DNA of 61,723 nt, counting the filler, from Choristocarpus tenellus KU-1152 (Eukaryota; Protista; Phaeophyceae): the NCBI GenBank assembly GCA_964200185.2. It is 10 parts of 10 records of this genome, joined end to end, with 100 filler letters (N's around TTAATTAATTAA, not from the genome) between each part and the next. Parts side by side here need not be neighbours in the genome. Positions count along the whole stretch, not along the records: positions 24,735 to 40,536 come from CAXNAD020000924.1; positions 40,637 to 45,479 come from CAXNAD020012832.1; positions 45,580 to 51,221 come from CAXNAD020010156.1; 7 more parts are not named here. One strand, written 5' to 3'. Shown one piece after another: positions 37,185 through 49,900 of this stretch (its first letter is position 1; each line of letters opens with the position of its first letter). Below the pieces are notes generated by a model. That model was given only the letters and a program-made list of their open reading frames with translations. It did not search any database and was not told the DNA's origin. Made by a program: the position numbers and the translations under genes.

Positions 37185-37974
37185 TACGTAAATATAACAG
37201 TTGGCATTTTATGTGGAAATATCTGTGCCGATCAAGGTATCATGTAGTCAGGTTTGGGACTTTGCAACGAATAGAGTGTGGTAGAGTGTGACCATTCGGT
37301 GGAGTCTATCTACTGCCTGCAAGATATTTCTTAGCAACAACAAACAGCAGTTTGACCGCATTTTATTGGGAAGCTATAATAATTTAATCTTTTAATAGAA
37401 TCAAACATCGCCCACTATCTCAAGTAGGAAGGTACTTGTTATGACTTAGGTGGGAACCTTTGGAGGAGTGTATTCAAACATGTAACCATGCCCCCACAAT
37501 TGTTTAAGGACGAGGTCTAGCATGTCCTTTATGCCTGATGTGAGTGCTCTTGGCTTCAAGAGGGATGGGCAATACGAAGCTGACCTGATGATTAGGCTTA
37601 TACTCTTTTGGACTAGAACCGTGACATTGATTAGATTCATATATATATATATATTAATATTATGTCTGAATCAATTCAGTCAAGAGTAGATCTTTTCTCT
37701 CCCATTTTGAAATACAATATGATTAAAAATAATATAATAGCAATATGTATACAGGTAAGAGTCAAACCAATCAAGAGGTAGGCAGGTTTGGACCCTTTTG
37801 CATTCTAAGCCATCGCTCTCACCCTGTGCAATTACACTCTATTTCATCGCTTTATGTGCACAATAGTGTATGCAAAATTGATATTCCCCCTTTAGACATA
37901 CAAAGTGACACCACCATTCAACAAGACTGTTTCTGTAATTGTATAAAATTGTATCTCTTAGCCCTTTCTCAGGA

Positions 37975-39330
37975 TACCGAACAAAAGACGCTCAAGTGCC
38001 GTCGCATTCCCTGGTGTTCCTCCTCCTTTGATCTGTTTTTTTGTGGTCGCTCTCTTGATGGCAAAAATATCCTTGGAGATGACCGAGCCCGAGGTGAATT
38101 CCTCGGTTACCGCACTTAGCACTACAGTGAAGAAGATATTGAAGAGGATCGAAGCAAAAACACACCCCTGTTGGAGGCCCAGTCTAACCTTAAACCAGTT
38201 GATGAACTCACCATCATTGATGCAAACACATGCCCTCATACCATCATGGACTTGGCAGATTACAGATATCATCTTCGGAGGTATACCAAATTTGGCCAGC
38301 ACAACCCATAGGAGATCACTATCTACAGAGTTACGTACTTTATGTAGATCAAACGACATGAAGAGGGGTACATGCTTTTTCCAGTCAAACCTTGGAGGGC
38401 ACGTACAGTAGTATATATCATGCTCCACTGTGGAGTGTTGGGATGGAAACCACACTATTCCTCAAGAAGGATGTTCTCCCAATCTCTCAACCGCCGCAAA
38501 ACAACTTCAAGGAAGACTTTGCCAGCATGTCCCCCACCATTGAGACGCCAATCGATGAGGTCCTTCTCCTTGTAGAGGATGGTAATGGCCGCTTCTTCCC
38601 AGACCTGTGGAATGTCATCCTGGTTCCACATAGCCAACACAATCTTACGGAAACCCTGGAGGATAACCACGTCTTCCTGGAGGCCAAGCTTTAGGAGCTG
38701 GACTGGAAGATTGTCTATTGCTCGGAGTGGCTCAGTCACTTTCCATCATGGTGAAGTAGCGAGGGCCATTGAGGTGAGTTGTTGGTCAAGGGCTTCAGCA
38801 CTATGGGGGTTGAATTGGTATTAAGGAGGACTGTGAATTTGCTCTTCCTCCTTTCCTTGATGGATGTTTGCTCCTGAGTAGCCACCTGGACTTACCACGG
38901 ATGTGCTGCGAGGCATTCTCTCTGGTTCTCTTGATATTGAAGCCTTTTCAATCCTCCGATTAATCGGACACAACACTGTAGGAATCCCCCAACCCCCACT
39001 AGTATTCATGAGTTGAACGGATTACAGTCGCCCTTCACACACCACTCCTGCCTCCACAAATTTGAACTATTTCTTGGATTATCTGGTCCAGGAGATACGA
39101 CTTTATGCAGACTAGTAGTGGATAGGTTCCCTACAAGATGCGCAGGGTCAATTTACAAATGGGTGGGCGGGGCCAAGCACCAGTTGAAACCTGTCCGTGA
39201 TCCGAGCAGTCCCATGCGTGAATTCCCCTTGCCGGGTTGCAACCATACACCCTATGACCTGCATATGCCCAAAACTCAGCAGGCATAAATACAGAGGGCG
39301 AAGCTTGGTTACCCAAGGATACTAAGTCAG
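37975..39330 (-). mobile_element. RTE-clade LINE reverse transcriptase remnant
   Basis: D.LPVQLLKLG, IPQVWEEAAITILYK, HAGKV, PLFMSFDLHK..NSVD..LLW.VL.KFGIP.KMI, HDGMRACV, F.V..GLQQGCV.A..LFNIFF. Frameshifted and truncated before the YADD motif; upstream limit approximate. Confidence 0.9.
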
Positions 39331-40834
39331 CCTAGGACGAAGGAAGTGGTCCTCCGGACGGGTGCACAGAGCCTAACTCTGCAAGGATAGATCAAAGTGG
39401 GTACTGGGCTGGTATCTGCTCCAAAATATACGACAGGCTCCGCAACTGAAGGTATTGTTAGGTCAGTGGTTGGGGAGGGTAAGGACACAACGAGTCAGAG
39501 GGCGGAATAATTGTACTGTTATTCTAATCCTACATGCTTGTATATTATCCTGACTTGAATGAAACGTTTAATCATAATGTAGAGGAGGGGGGCATGAATT
39601 GGTTGTCGTTTGCCTGATGGGTTCCGTCCATCATTTCGCTTATTTATGACTGTGATCAAAAGGAGGTTGCAATTTGCTCAAAACAGAAAGCATTCACGAA
39701 GGTAGAAATTTTCCTCCCTTTCGGTCAGATCAGGAACTAGGAATGATGTGATGACTACACTCTGAGCAGAGTTGGGAGAGGACAAGTACATATTGCTCCA
39801 TCCGTGTGTATCACAACATCGTTGTTGGGTGGTGTTTGTGCCAGATGGTGACAGGTGAAAGGTAGCGACACACAGAACAGTCACATTGTGTCCAGTTGTC
39901 GGGATTTTCGTGGAATAACATGAGGAGGAAACTGCTAGTTGTGACAAAAATGTTGGCCAAGTTGGAGGGTACTGAACAGCGTTAGAAAGTAGCTGGGTCT
40001 CCCGTTTTGCATCTTTGTTCTGCCTAATATATGTCATTGTTATTCATGACGTTTGGGGTATCTTCTGTGCTGCACTTAGCATTGTGTGCATATTTTAGTG
40101 CTGTTGCATGACTGACTGTATGTAGCCTACAGAGTCTTGCACCTGCTGTCTCCTCTCTGCTCTGTGTTGCTTGAAGTTTTCGTAACAATGCACAAGTTGA
40201 GCCATTCCTTGGGAGAGGGGGTTGAACATTTCTGAGTATGCTAAATTTCTGACCATATTGAGGAGGGTGCCTCTCATATTAAAGTTCATCACTTGTTGAA
40301 TTGGTGCTCTGTTTTGTTCACCCCCTCGCAGCTCATACTGTAAGGTTAAAAGGGCTCATATTTTTTCTCCACACCCCTTCCAACCTTAACATGAAACCTA
40401 CCTAGTATCACACCTCTCCTCCAGTACCCTGTCGACTGTTTTCTGTTGCTCTTTTCCCCCTTGATGTTCCTGTTCAACTTCGGGTCAAAGTATCTGGGGG
40501 GGGGTGTGTCAGCGTCCGTTTTCCACCTTTTTTTCGNNNNNNNNNNNNNNNNNNNNNNNNNNNNNNNNNNNNNNNNNNNNTTAATTAATTAANNNNNNNN
40601 NNNNNNNNNNNNNNNNNNNNNNNNNNNNNNNNNNNNCGGAAGGACAATAGCGGGGGGGGGGGGGGGGGGGGGAGGGGGATCTCCACCAGGGTGTCCATTC
40701 GGACCCTGACCAGGAGAAGTGCACTTTCATTGTCCATCTGACGCATGCAACCCATATCACCCAAAAATCGCGACATGTAAAAAATGGACCCCGAATGGAC
40801 AGCCGCCACCCCCCCCAGATCCTTTTAGTCCTAC

Positions 40835-42058
40835 CTTGCCTTCCCTCTTGTCCTCATAGAAATGTCCTTGATAATATGCACCATCCTCCCGCTTCAGATT
40901 GCCCTGTACCAGAGGACAGTGTGGGTACCCAATCAACGATGTGAAGGATACAGGTAATAGTAGAAAGGGGTGATGTTGGTTGAGATCAGGAAGAGGGCAA
41001 CCAACTGCGCACGCTCAGTCGCCAACAGTATATCTAACTTAATGCAGAGGAAATTTTCTCTGTGAGTTCATTATTCAGTGTTACAGAGCAGCATTCAAAT
41101 GAGCAGGAGGTGGGAGAGAGACCGTTAATTTCAGATCTGTCGCTATGTTAAGCGATAATACGAGAGAGGAACACACCTTGCCATGCTTCTTTCCCATTTC
41201 CCATTGTCCGGTATATTTGCTGCCATCCTCATACTCCATCATGCCCTGGACGGAGCGGACAAAATTAGGGGGAAGATGTAACTAAAAACTAGAGCAGTAC
41301 CCTGAATTGCGATGCAACAGGGGCGAGGAAAACTCAATTTACCTTCACGTCATAGATAGTACCTTTTAAAGGGTTGTCTAATCGACGAGATGCAACAACC
41401 GGGTAATGGACGTTAACAAGAGAGAGGATGCATCTTGTACTTCAATATTAACACAAGTTGGTTTAGTAACCAGCAACATAATAGTGGTTATCAGTGTGGA
41501 AGCCGTTGCGATGATTGACTCGTACCTTCCCATGCATACGGCCGTGCTCCCATTCTCCATCGTATACGTTGCCATTTTCGTACAACATCTTACCCTATGT
41601 GGCAAATCACGACGGAGTAAGGGGAAGTGGGGGGAAGGGAGGGAATCGTTAGGATCCCAATTGCAACCAAGACTTTTCATCTTTCAAAAAGAGAGAGGCA
41701 AAACCCTCCACTTTGGTTAAATCATCATGTGGACAAAAACCTTGTCTTGGTGTGCTGGCTATATTTGAGATCTAACATGGGACAATCGATTTGAATTCCA
41801 TCTGAAGTCGCAACTATTCGAAATGATTTTTCTGTTCGTGTTACAATACCTTCCCATTCCTCTTGCCACCATTATTTTTCCCTCCACGATACTTGTCACC
41901 ATTGGGGTATGTCGTCCAGACCTCGGCCTGAGTGCAAGGGACGCGATAGAGGAAATTGGGTCACGCAAATAGTCGAAGGGCACAGGTCCACCTTCAGCCA
42001 GCACGGTGGGGGGACAACGATGAGAGACAAACCCTACTGTATCATCCTGCACGTCCAT
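40835..42058 (-). CDS. MORN-repeat protein (3' partial)
   Basis: Phase-0 GT-AG exons: 42058-42038 (MDVQDDT, tentative), 41927-41850 (AEVWTTYPNGDKYRGGKNNGGKRNGK), 41594-41526 (GKMLYENGNVYDGEWEHGRMHGK), 41245-41177 (GMMEYEDGSKYTGQWEMGKKHGK), 40903-40835 (GNLKREDGAYYQGHFYEDKREGK). Matches the MORN consensus YxGxWxxGxxHGxG. Not captured by the ORF track. Confidence 0.9.
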
Positions 42059-45000
42059 TCAGATGAGCGTCGGTCATCTTGCTAGACGCTCCCTTTGGTG
42101 CTGTCTATAGGTAGAAACACAGAGGTTGAACCTCGTTTCTCTACTCGCACACTTACCCGTGATCCCTTCTTATTCTTATTCTTGATTCCCTGTCCTCCAC
42201 CTTGCAGACCAAACACTGAGAAAAGTCCCATCCTTTTGAGTTTGCGGAGTTATGAGAGGTGTTGGTGTTGAGTGTGTGCGTTTGCAGGTGTCCAAGAACA
42301 GTGCAACAGCAGTGGAACAACATTCAATACCTCAAAAAGGCTGTAAAACATCATTTTGATATCTCCTTCATTTCAGTCATTAGATAGATTGGATTCTATA
42401 TTTCAATTGAATCGATCTATATGCCACAAGAACCATTCTTCGACTGCCATTTAGGAAAGTCTCCAACAGTCGTCAGTGATACAGTAGTAATGATAGAGTG
42501 ATATAAACTTGAAATAAAACAAAAACTCAAGTAGTATTTTTTTGTAAATGGTAGTTTTGTTCCTTACAACTTTTTGGTTTTCACCACACATATCTCCAAA
42601 ATGTCACAGGTAAGATAATTTATTCTTCTCCATTACTTAGTAAAGGATCTAATATTAGATTGTAGCCAGTAGTGAGGAAAAATAGTTGGTAATTTTCCAA
42701 ATTTTAGTAGTGTGTTACCAGAAAACGATCGATCTAAAGTCCATGTACAAATCGTCCTTTCGAACCTATATCTCCATCACTACAATTTAGTATATTCTAG
42801 TAGTCGTCTTAACTTGAACAAAAAAAAAACTTGAAGTGTTTTCTTACAACAAAAACTTCTCATTTTCACAGTTGGAGACCTGTTGCACCGTCCTCAGGGA
42901 TTGATATCAATTACGGAATCATTGCCAACAACAAGGATTATGAATGTTCCTTCGTGAATTTCAAGAGTTGAAACCACATCGTTTTGCGTTCTATTCTTTC
43001 TTATCTGCTTTCTTTTCTTTTTTATGTTACCTGTTTATATATAGTTTCTACATTTTTTTTTGCATTATAATTGCAATTTACTATGGTAAGGTTGCGATTG
43101 TCATGTTGGAAAACAAGATACAATATTATCAATGGGGAGATAGAGATTAGACGATGTAGCGCGCCACCAGAGCCAGTGTGGGGAAGGAGGCAATACACGG
43201 ACCCCTACACAATCCTTAGAGTCAGCCTTATTCCTCCTGTTGAGGCTCGCCTAACCACCAGCAGATCTCTAGGGGAGAGATGAGGTTTCGTCAAACAGGC
43301 ATCCGGTGGCTGAGTGGAGGAAGGTTGATAACAGATACGCCTACATCTCCCCCAGAGTAGGATGACAGGTCCACCAACACACCAATGCTTTCATGACTAG
43401 GACAACTCCGCAGGGGAATTGATATCCCTTGCACAATGAAGGAGGGCAGCCCATTCATGATGGCACGAACTTCCACATGGATGTGGTGTTCCATACGAGG
43501 GCATTGTTAGAGACTGGCTAAGCCCCCTACTGTCCAGGTGTAGCTTCCAACCTGACCCACCTATCCACTGGCAATGGTGTTGCTGCAGAAGCAGCTGAGG
43601 CGCAAAGCACACCCACTACGAGGGAACTTTTGACTATCCTCATATATTCAATGTCAACTTCATGGTTGGAGAGTTTGGGCACCTTAGTAAGCAAGCAGAG
43701 AGTATCCTAGATGAGTTGGCCACCCATGGAGTACAAGGGAGAGGGACCATGGCGGTTATTGTCGGAACGGGGCTGTTAAGAATTGTTTGAGACAGATAGT
43801 GTCCACCACTGCACAACAAGTAGCTCTTTCAAGGCATGCCATACTTTTCAAGCTAGAGACACCTTCGAGGTGGGTACGAAGGTGCCTGACAGATACTTGA
43901 CATTCTTCCCTGCCTCCTCACCCACCTTTGTAGAGCTAGGCTGGGAGCATGGCAATTTGAATATTCACTGTAGTTAGAGAAAAATCTCAAATGGGACCTT
44001 GTATACTATTAGTATGTAGCGGTCTGTAGTTAGTTTCCAGACAGTACATACTTTTAAGGAGGTATCTCAGCAACGACAACTATCAAATATTGGAAGTGGC
44101 CCAAAGTCCTTGTGTTGTCATTTTGGTATAATTTTTTCCATCATCTGACAAATCTGGAAAATGTCAGTGGGCATAATAATATAAAAGACTAAATGACAAA
44201 TAAAAGACAGATCATGCACACTTTAAGCATAAAAATATATATTAAGGGGCCTGGTTGTGTGTGATAGGGGATGATGAGAACCACCAGAGATGAGGTTCAG
44301 AAAGAAAGTGAGAGATGAGACTGAGGCATGGTGGGCATATGTTGACAGCCTCAGAGTGGATCAATCTTCACTGTGATTGGTTGAGATCAGTCAGAACAGA
44401 AAACACAATGTCGGACTTCGGTGGTTTGAATCCACCGTTCATGTCGAGGTTACCGCGAGTTGTTCTTGCGTCTGACCCACACCACATCACTTGGGCTGGC
44501 CTCAATGGCAAACAGTGAAGCGCGCAAATGTATATTATATATATATGACCGCGCGTATTATCCTCATCACTGTCGGGATATCCTCAAAAAGGCGACCTGT
44601 CCCTGACATATACATGTATACATATATTTTTAGAAGCGTTAGTATATACTACGCAGCAGCAAAATTCATTTGATAAGACCAATCATTGATGCCTTACCCA
44701 TTAACGATTTAGATTGCCACCCACAACCATTGAAGGGTTATGTTGTAATCATTGTTGATCGCCGGGAAAATAGGTACGAACATCACTGTAGTTGTGGTGA
44801 TCCAATGTGCAACAATACTGTGAGTTCAAAACAATCATCCTATCATCTCAAAGTAACAACCATACTGCTGTCAAGTCAAAATCAGAACTCCAACCATAAA
44901 CTGAAACATACTATTTATTAGATAAATAAAGATGGCATCTTTCACTAACTGTACCCTAAATGCTTCTTGTGGATGATGATGATTTTGAAAACCGAATCTT

Positions 45001-45162
45001 ACAGTCAAAATTTCCTCTGGAATCGTTTCTTGTTTTGAGAAAGACAAGAACAATGTTTGTAACCTTCTGAATATCTTGGATATATACAGTACCTACCCCG
45101 ATTTTGTTCATGAGCGGCACACAATCTATATGGTATAATATCGATTTGCAGGGTTAGGGTTA

Positions 45163-45479
45163 GCTGGGAATCAATCGTCGAAGCAACTAATTAATCGTGG
45201 TGACCTGGGAAATCAATCGTCGAAGCGACTGATTAATCGCGGTGAGCTGGGAAGTCAATCGTCGAAGCGACTGATTAATCGTGGTGAGCTGGGAAATCAA
45301 TCGTCAAAGCAACTGATTAATCGTGGTGAGCTGGGAAACCAATCGTCGAAGCGAATGATTAATTGTGGTGAGCTGGGAAATCAATCTTTGAAGCGACTAA
45401 TTAATCGTGGCGAGATGGAAAATCAATGGTCGAAGCGACTGATTAATCGTGGTGAGCTGGGAAATCAATCTTTGAAGCG
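45163..45479. repeat. 42-bp minisatellite, at least 7.5 copies, running into the contig end
   Basis: Unit gctgggaaatcaatcgtcgaagcgactgattaatcgtggtga, directly preceded by agggttagggttag. Confidence 0.95.
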
Positions 45480-45689
45480 NNNNNNNNNNNNNNNNNNNNN
45501 NNNNNNNNNNNNNNNNNNNNNNNTTAATTAATTAANNNNNNNNNNNNNNNNNNNNNNNNNNNNNNNNNNNNNNNNNNNNTGCCTTAGGGTTAGGGTTAGT
45601 CCCCCCCCCCCCCAGTACGTTGTAGTACAGTATTGTGTGACATCTTACTTGGAATAATGGATTTGAGAAGTTTCCTGAGTGCAAGAATC

Positions 45690-46225
45690 GTGATTCGTAA
45701 GGTGGATGTGAAGGGCACCTTTTGCCAGGTTCCTGTGTAACCTTGGGAGCTTCTAGGTTTGATTACACGGTTGGGTAATTTTTGGTGTTGGATCTCAGGT
45801 TACAGTTTGGGTGGAGTAGTCCACGATGGTGGGATCTCATGCAAGGGCTCTGGACTATTCTTATTGTGCTACAACCCTATCCTCCACTAATGTGTTGCCC
45901 GAGACTAATGAAATTGCAGCAGGTGTTGAGAACGTTCCACAGAGGGATATGAGGGAAGTGCACGTGTTGGATGGTACATGGAAGGCTCAGGAAGTGGCAG
46001 GGGGGGGAGGAGCCTTTCTTGCTAGAATGTATGTTGATGACAGTATCCTTGGAGAGATCAAATGGTTTGACGTTATGCAGAGGCTGAAATTGGCAACTCT
46101 CTGTTGTTCGATCATATTTGCTTGTTGTGACCTAGGACAGTAGACTAGCCTCCCATGCTCTCAGCCAATAAGGCCAGAATATTGGGATAGAGAGCAGGTT
46201 GTTGGGTTGAGGATTGATACTGGGT
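45690..46225 (+). mobile_element. Reverse transcriptase remnant of DIRS/Ngaro (tyrosine-recombinase retrotransposon) type
   Basis: Across frameshifts: VIRKVDVKGTF, QVPV, LVLDLRLQFGWSSPRWW, MYVDDSIL, VVGLRIDT. Confidence 0.65.
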
Positions 46226-46731
46226 ATCACCCAGAAGGGGTGACTATTAATACAACAAGTAGCTACAACAAGCTTGAACGAGAAATATGATGTATTTAGA
46301 ATGAGGGAGGGGGGCTCTGGTGATTATTTGAATGATCCACACATAGCATCACTTCCACCCCGACCCAGAGCTCTCCTCTTCCTGCTCCTACCATCTACAA
46401 CAAGTTCCTGCAAGAACCATGAATGAGATACATGATGAGATTGGGGGGTGGCGGGGGTGGGTGCTCTATTGACTGTTAAAACCATCAAACTACAGCATCA
46501 CTCCCACCCCAACTAAATACTGTTGTCGCTCTACAACCTACAATGAATGACAACAAAGATTTGAACCCTGACCCTAATCCATTGCTTGCACATGGAACTC
46601 CCACAACGTTAGAATCATCCTCCTATATCAGTTTTCCTGCCAAGGCTGTATCTCGGTGAGGATGAATTTGTGCAGCGAGGCATGGACAAGCGATAAAGAA
46701 TTTGTGATATATCGAGAAAGGTGCTCTGTAT

Positions 46732-46971
46732 CAGCCAAAGTATCTTAGAGGGTAGGGCCACGTCCATTTGGGAGTCAAAATCCAATGTTGAGATTGTATT
46801 TTTTTGGCTATCGTGCTTGTTAGTAAGTGACAATATCCTTGTTCTGGATACACCTTTTCATAACGTATACATTCTACTGGAGTAGGAAAATGTCATAAAA
46901 CAACCCATGGGAAGCCAAGCCCTAAACGGACAAACAGGGCAAAAATCTAACCCTCTAAGGTACTTTCACTC
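46732..46971. mobile_element. MITE family B, copy with a small internal deletion
   Basis: cagccaaagtatcttagagggta...ccctctaaggtactttcactc. Confidence 0.9.
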
Positions 46972-48199
46972 CATCATACACCCTGTCGTTGTATTTACTG
47001 GAATGTGGGCCTGTGATTGGTGAAATCTATGTCCATGCTCTCCTCCTAGAATAGGTCTCCTTGGTGGATGTTCTAGCTCATTCAAGTGACAAGGCATGCA
47101 AGATTGTATATATGGAATATGCTGTTCTCTCTTGTTGTACTTACAATATACCACCTGTATGTTGTCCTTTCTCATGTACCTCAAGAGATTTTACCTCAAG
47201 ACCTGAACAGGTGCTTCACGATTAGACAACTATCAAACCCTTGATCGCTCATCCAACTCACAAAGAAACATACATGGCCTACTTGAAACACCTACAAAAA
47301 TACTCTCCGAGGTATGTGAATGGAGCACACTATGTGTTCGGGGGAGGGGAGGACCTTTGTCAACAGTATTTTTGTAATCAACACAGAACATTCATCCTAC
47401 CCCCACCCGCATATATCTTCTCCCTTCCAACTCACGAACTACAGCAGAGTGGGTTGTACAAACAATGGCATGAACTTGGTCGCTTGATAAAGAAGATTTG
47501 CCCTCAAGTATGGTTGACTCAGATTTTATTGCTGTTGGGGTCATGCACGGTCTCTTGGTGTATCTTGTGGGTGACTCGTACTATCTATACACCATACATG
47601 AATGATCCACATGTAATGTGTTTATAAGAGCATTTACCACAGCTTTTGATGGTCATACGGAGCCTATCTACTATGGTAGAGGACTGCACAATTCGAGTCA
47701 GGTGGTATCATGCAGCACTCATGTTGGGTTTGGTCTATTCGTAGTACCATAGTGCCATCCAACTGCTATCTTTATTTTTCATAGAGCACAGGACCCCGCA
47801 TGCTCATTTACAAATGTGACTAACATCAAAGAGACGTAAACAAGAGCTGCACTAGATTGACATCTGGGAATACCCCCCCCACTCTACCTACCGATCAACT
47901 TCCACAAAGAGAAACCTTTGTACGCAGGGTTAGCCTTGATCACTACCACCTCAAGGAACATACCATCACAACAACTCTGACTCATCCATCCCTAGATTCA
48001 GTCTTCTTCTCTTCCCAAATATCACATCCACACCCACCAATGGGGAGTCTGTCTCTAGAAATCATCTACTACGAATAGTACTAGATACTACAATACTTCA
48101 AGGTATATGATGAATGTTTCCCTACTGAACATCCCTGTCTTCAAGCCATTCACTGATAGTGACTGCAACATCTGTAAACTACCCTATATATTATATGGA

Positions 48200-49900
48200 G
48201 TACATATAATATTCCCACAGTTTACCCAACCTCAGCGGCAGCATTAACTCATTCCTATACTCAATCACAGTGTAGATTTGCTCGAGATGGTGGTGTACTG
48301 ATCGTTGTGTGTTGTTGCTACTGGTGATGTCATACAATCGGGACCTTCCTCTGCCCCAGATGAGCTTGGAGGACAAATGGACTTGAACACCTTGTTCAAG
48401 CTTGATGAACTGTGTAAGGGACGGAGGGAGACCCATTCCACCTTGCCCAGGTCTAAGGTTGTAGGTGGAAAGGACAGATTGCTCATATTCAATGCTTTGT
48501 GTCTGCCTCTTGGACGGTATATCCAATACCAGTTAGGATGGGCGGGGTGTTGCTCTTGTTTGGGACCTGAGGTGGTGCCAGGATGGTTGCAGCGGAGAAG
48601 ATTATGTTGGGATGGATGTAGATGCTAGAGCTAGCTGCACCCACACTTACGATTCGACATCCTTGTCTGTCTTCTGGGCTTGTAGGATCTGCTGACATGG
48701 AGGAGGGAACGGTTGAGAGTAAATATTGAGGATCTGAAGTTTGAAAGACCATTCGCCAGCGTGACCAAGTGGTATGGAGTATATCGAACAGGAAGTATCT
48801 GTAAGTAGACAGTATGTAAGCTATTGTAAGCACCGAGTGTTCATTGGTTGGATGGGCATGCACTGGGGAGTAGCGTAGCCGGAAATTCAGAAGCAAAGCA
48901 CAGTACCTAATAGTAAGGATAGGTGGTTTGGAGATGAAGAGAGTTTGTCAAGAAGATGTACGTAGAGAGAACTCATAGACTTCATGCATGCCACATTCCA
49001 CATTCCACATTCCACATTCCACATGTATGCATGCGTCAAAAGAGAGTGCACAAACCAACCAGGTTCTATGGTAGGTTTCACACCTCATGTGATGCATCCT
49101 CCAGTTTTGTTTGCAAAAGTGTAAGACAACTTGTGGACCCAGGTCTGACCTCAAAGGTTAAGCCTGTGGCATTGGTACAACTGGTGCTAGTAGCCAGACC
49201 TCTTTTGAGGAAGGTGCACAGTAAGTGAGGTCATTACTCATGACACATCCGCAACAACACACTTGAGGGAGAGGAGTAGAATCTTCTATTCAGTACTTGG
49301 GGAAGACATATTTTGAATTTGAGCACTGTCGTAGTTTCGTGGTCAACATGTAACCGAATCCCTCATTGAGTGAGAGCATCACAGCAGAGTGAAGAAGTGA
49401 TGTTCAACATTTTGCTCAGTTGTATGTGCACTGTTTGCCTTACCTCGATTACCCGCTTTGACCTCCTGCGACGCATGAGCCCCAGGTAGTATGTTATCAC
49501 AGTAAGAAGGGCCACGAGAACTATGGATACGTTAGTCACATCAGCACTTCCTCCTGTCACCTTTCTCCAATTGCACGGTTGATATTTCGGGCAGAGGAGA
49601 GATGGTGGTGCTGGCATGTGCACAAACCTGGTGAGCCCCGAGAAAGACTTCTTGATGGAAGACCTGTGAGTGAGTGAGAAGTTGTCGGGAATTGTTTGGT
49701 AAGTATCTTGTCAATGATATGATATGATTTCCGTCCTGAGACCCTAAGGGTGTACGGAGACTCCTGCCAAGCACTTTGATGTAGCGACGAATATCCGAGG
49801 ATTATTAATTGTGGTGGAGGTGGGATATGGTAGATATGGTAGATATGGCAGTTGAACGGATTGATGGAAAGGCGTTTTGTCGAAACCGTCCATGTTGAGA
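48200..49900 (-). mobile_element. Heavily decayed Ty3/Gypsy pol remnant
   Basis: Fragmentary motifs in RT-RNaseH-integrase order: VQLPYL / EVFLG, GIRLHVDHE (cf. GxxFxxxTDH), and a GV..T...YV integrase zinc-region remnant. Many stops. Confidence 0.4.

Noticed and set aside
41343-41362. Extra 20-nt mini-exon in the MORN gene
   Set aside because: It would shift the frame; the flanking 69-nt exons already join correctly.
44330-44450. tRNA-Sec or other tRNA (GGTGGTTTGAATCCACC T-arm-like hairpin)
   Set aside because: No acceptor, D or anticodon arms at correct spacing; more likely part of a decayed repeat.
45163-45479. CRISPR-like array
   Set aside because: Contiguous 42-bp units without spacers.
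47000-47800. Copia integrase remnant
   Set aside because: Only vague similarity; no intact diagnostic motif.
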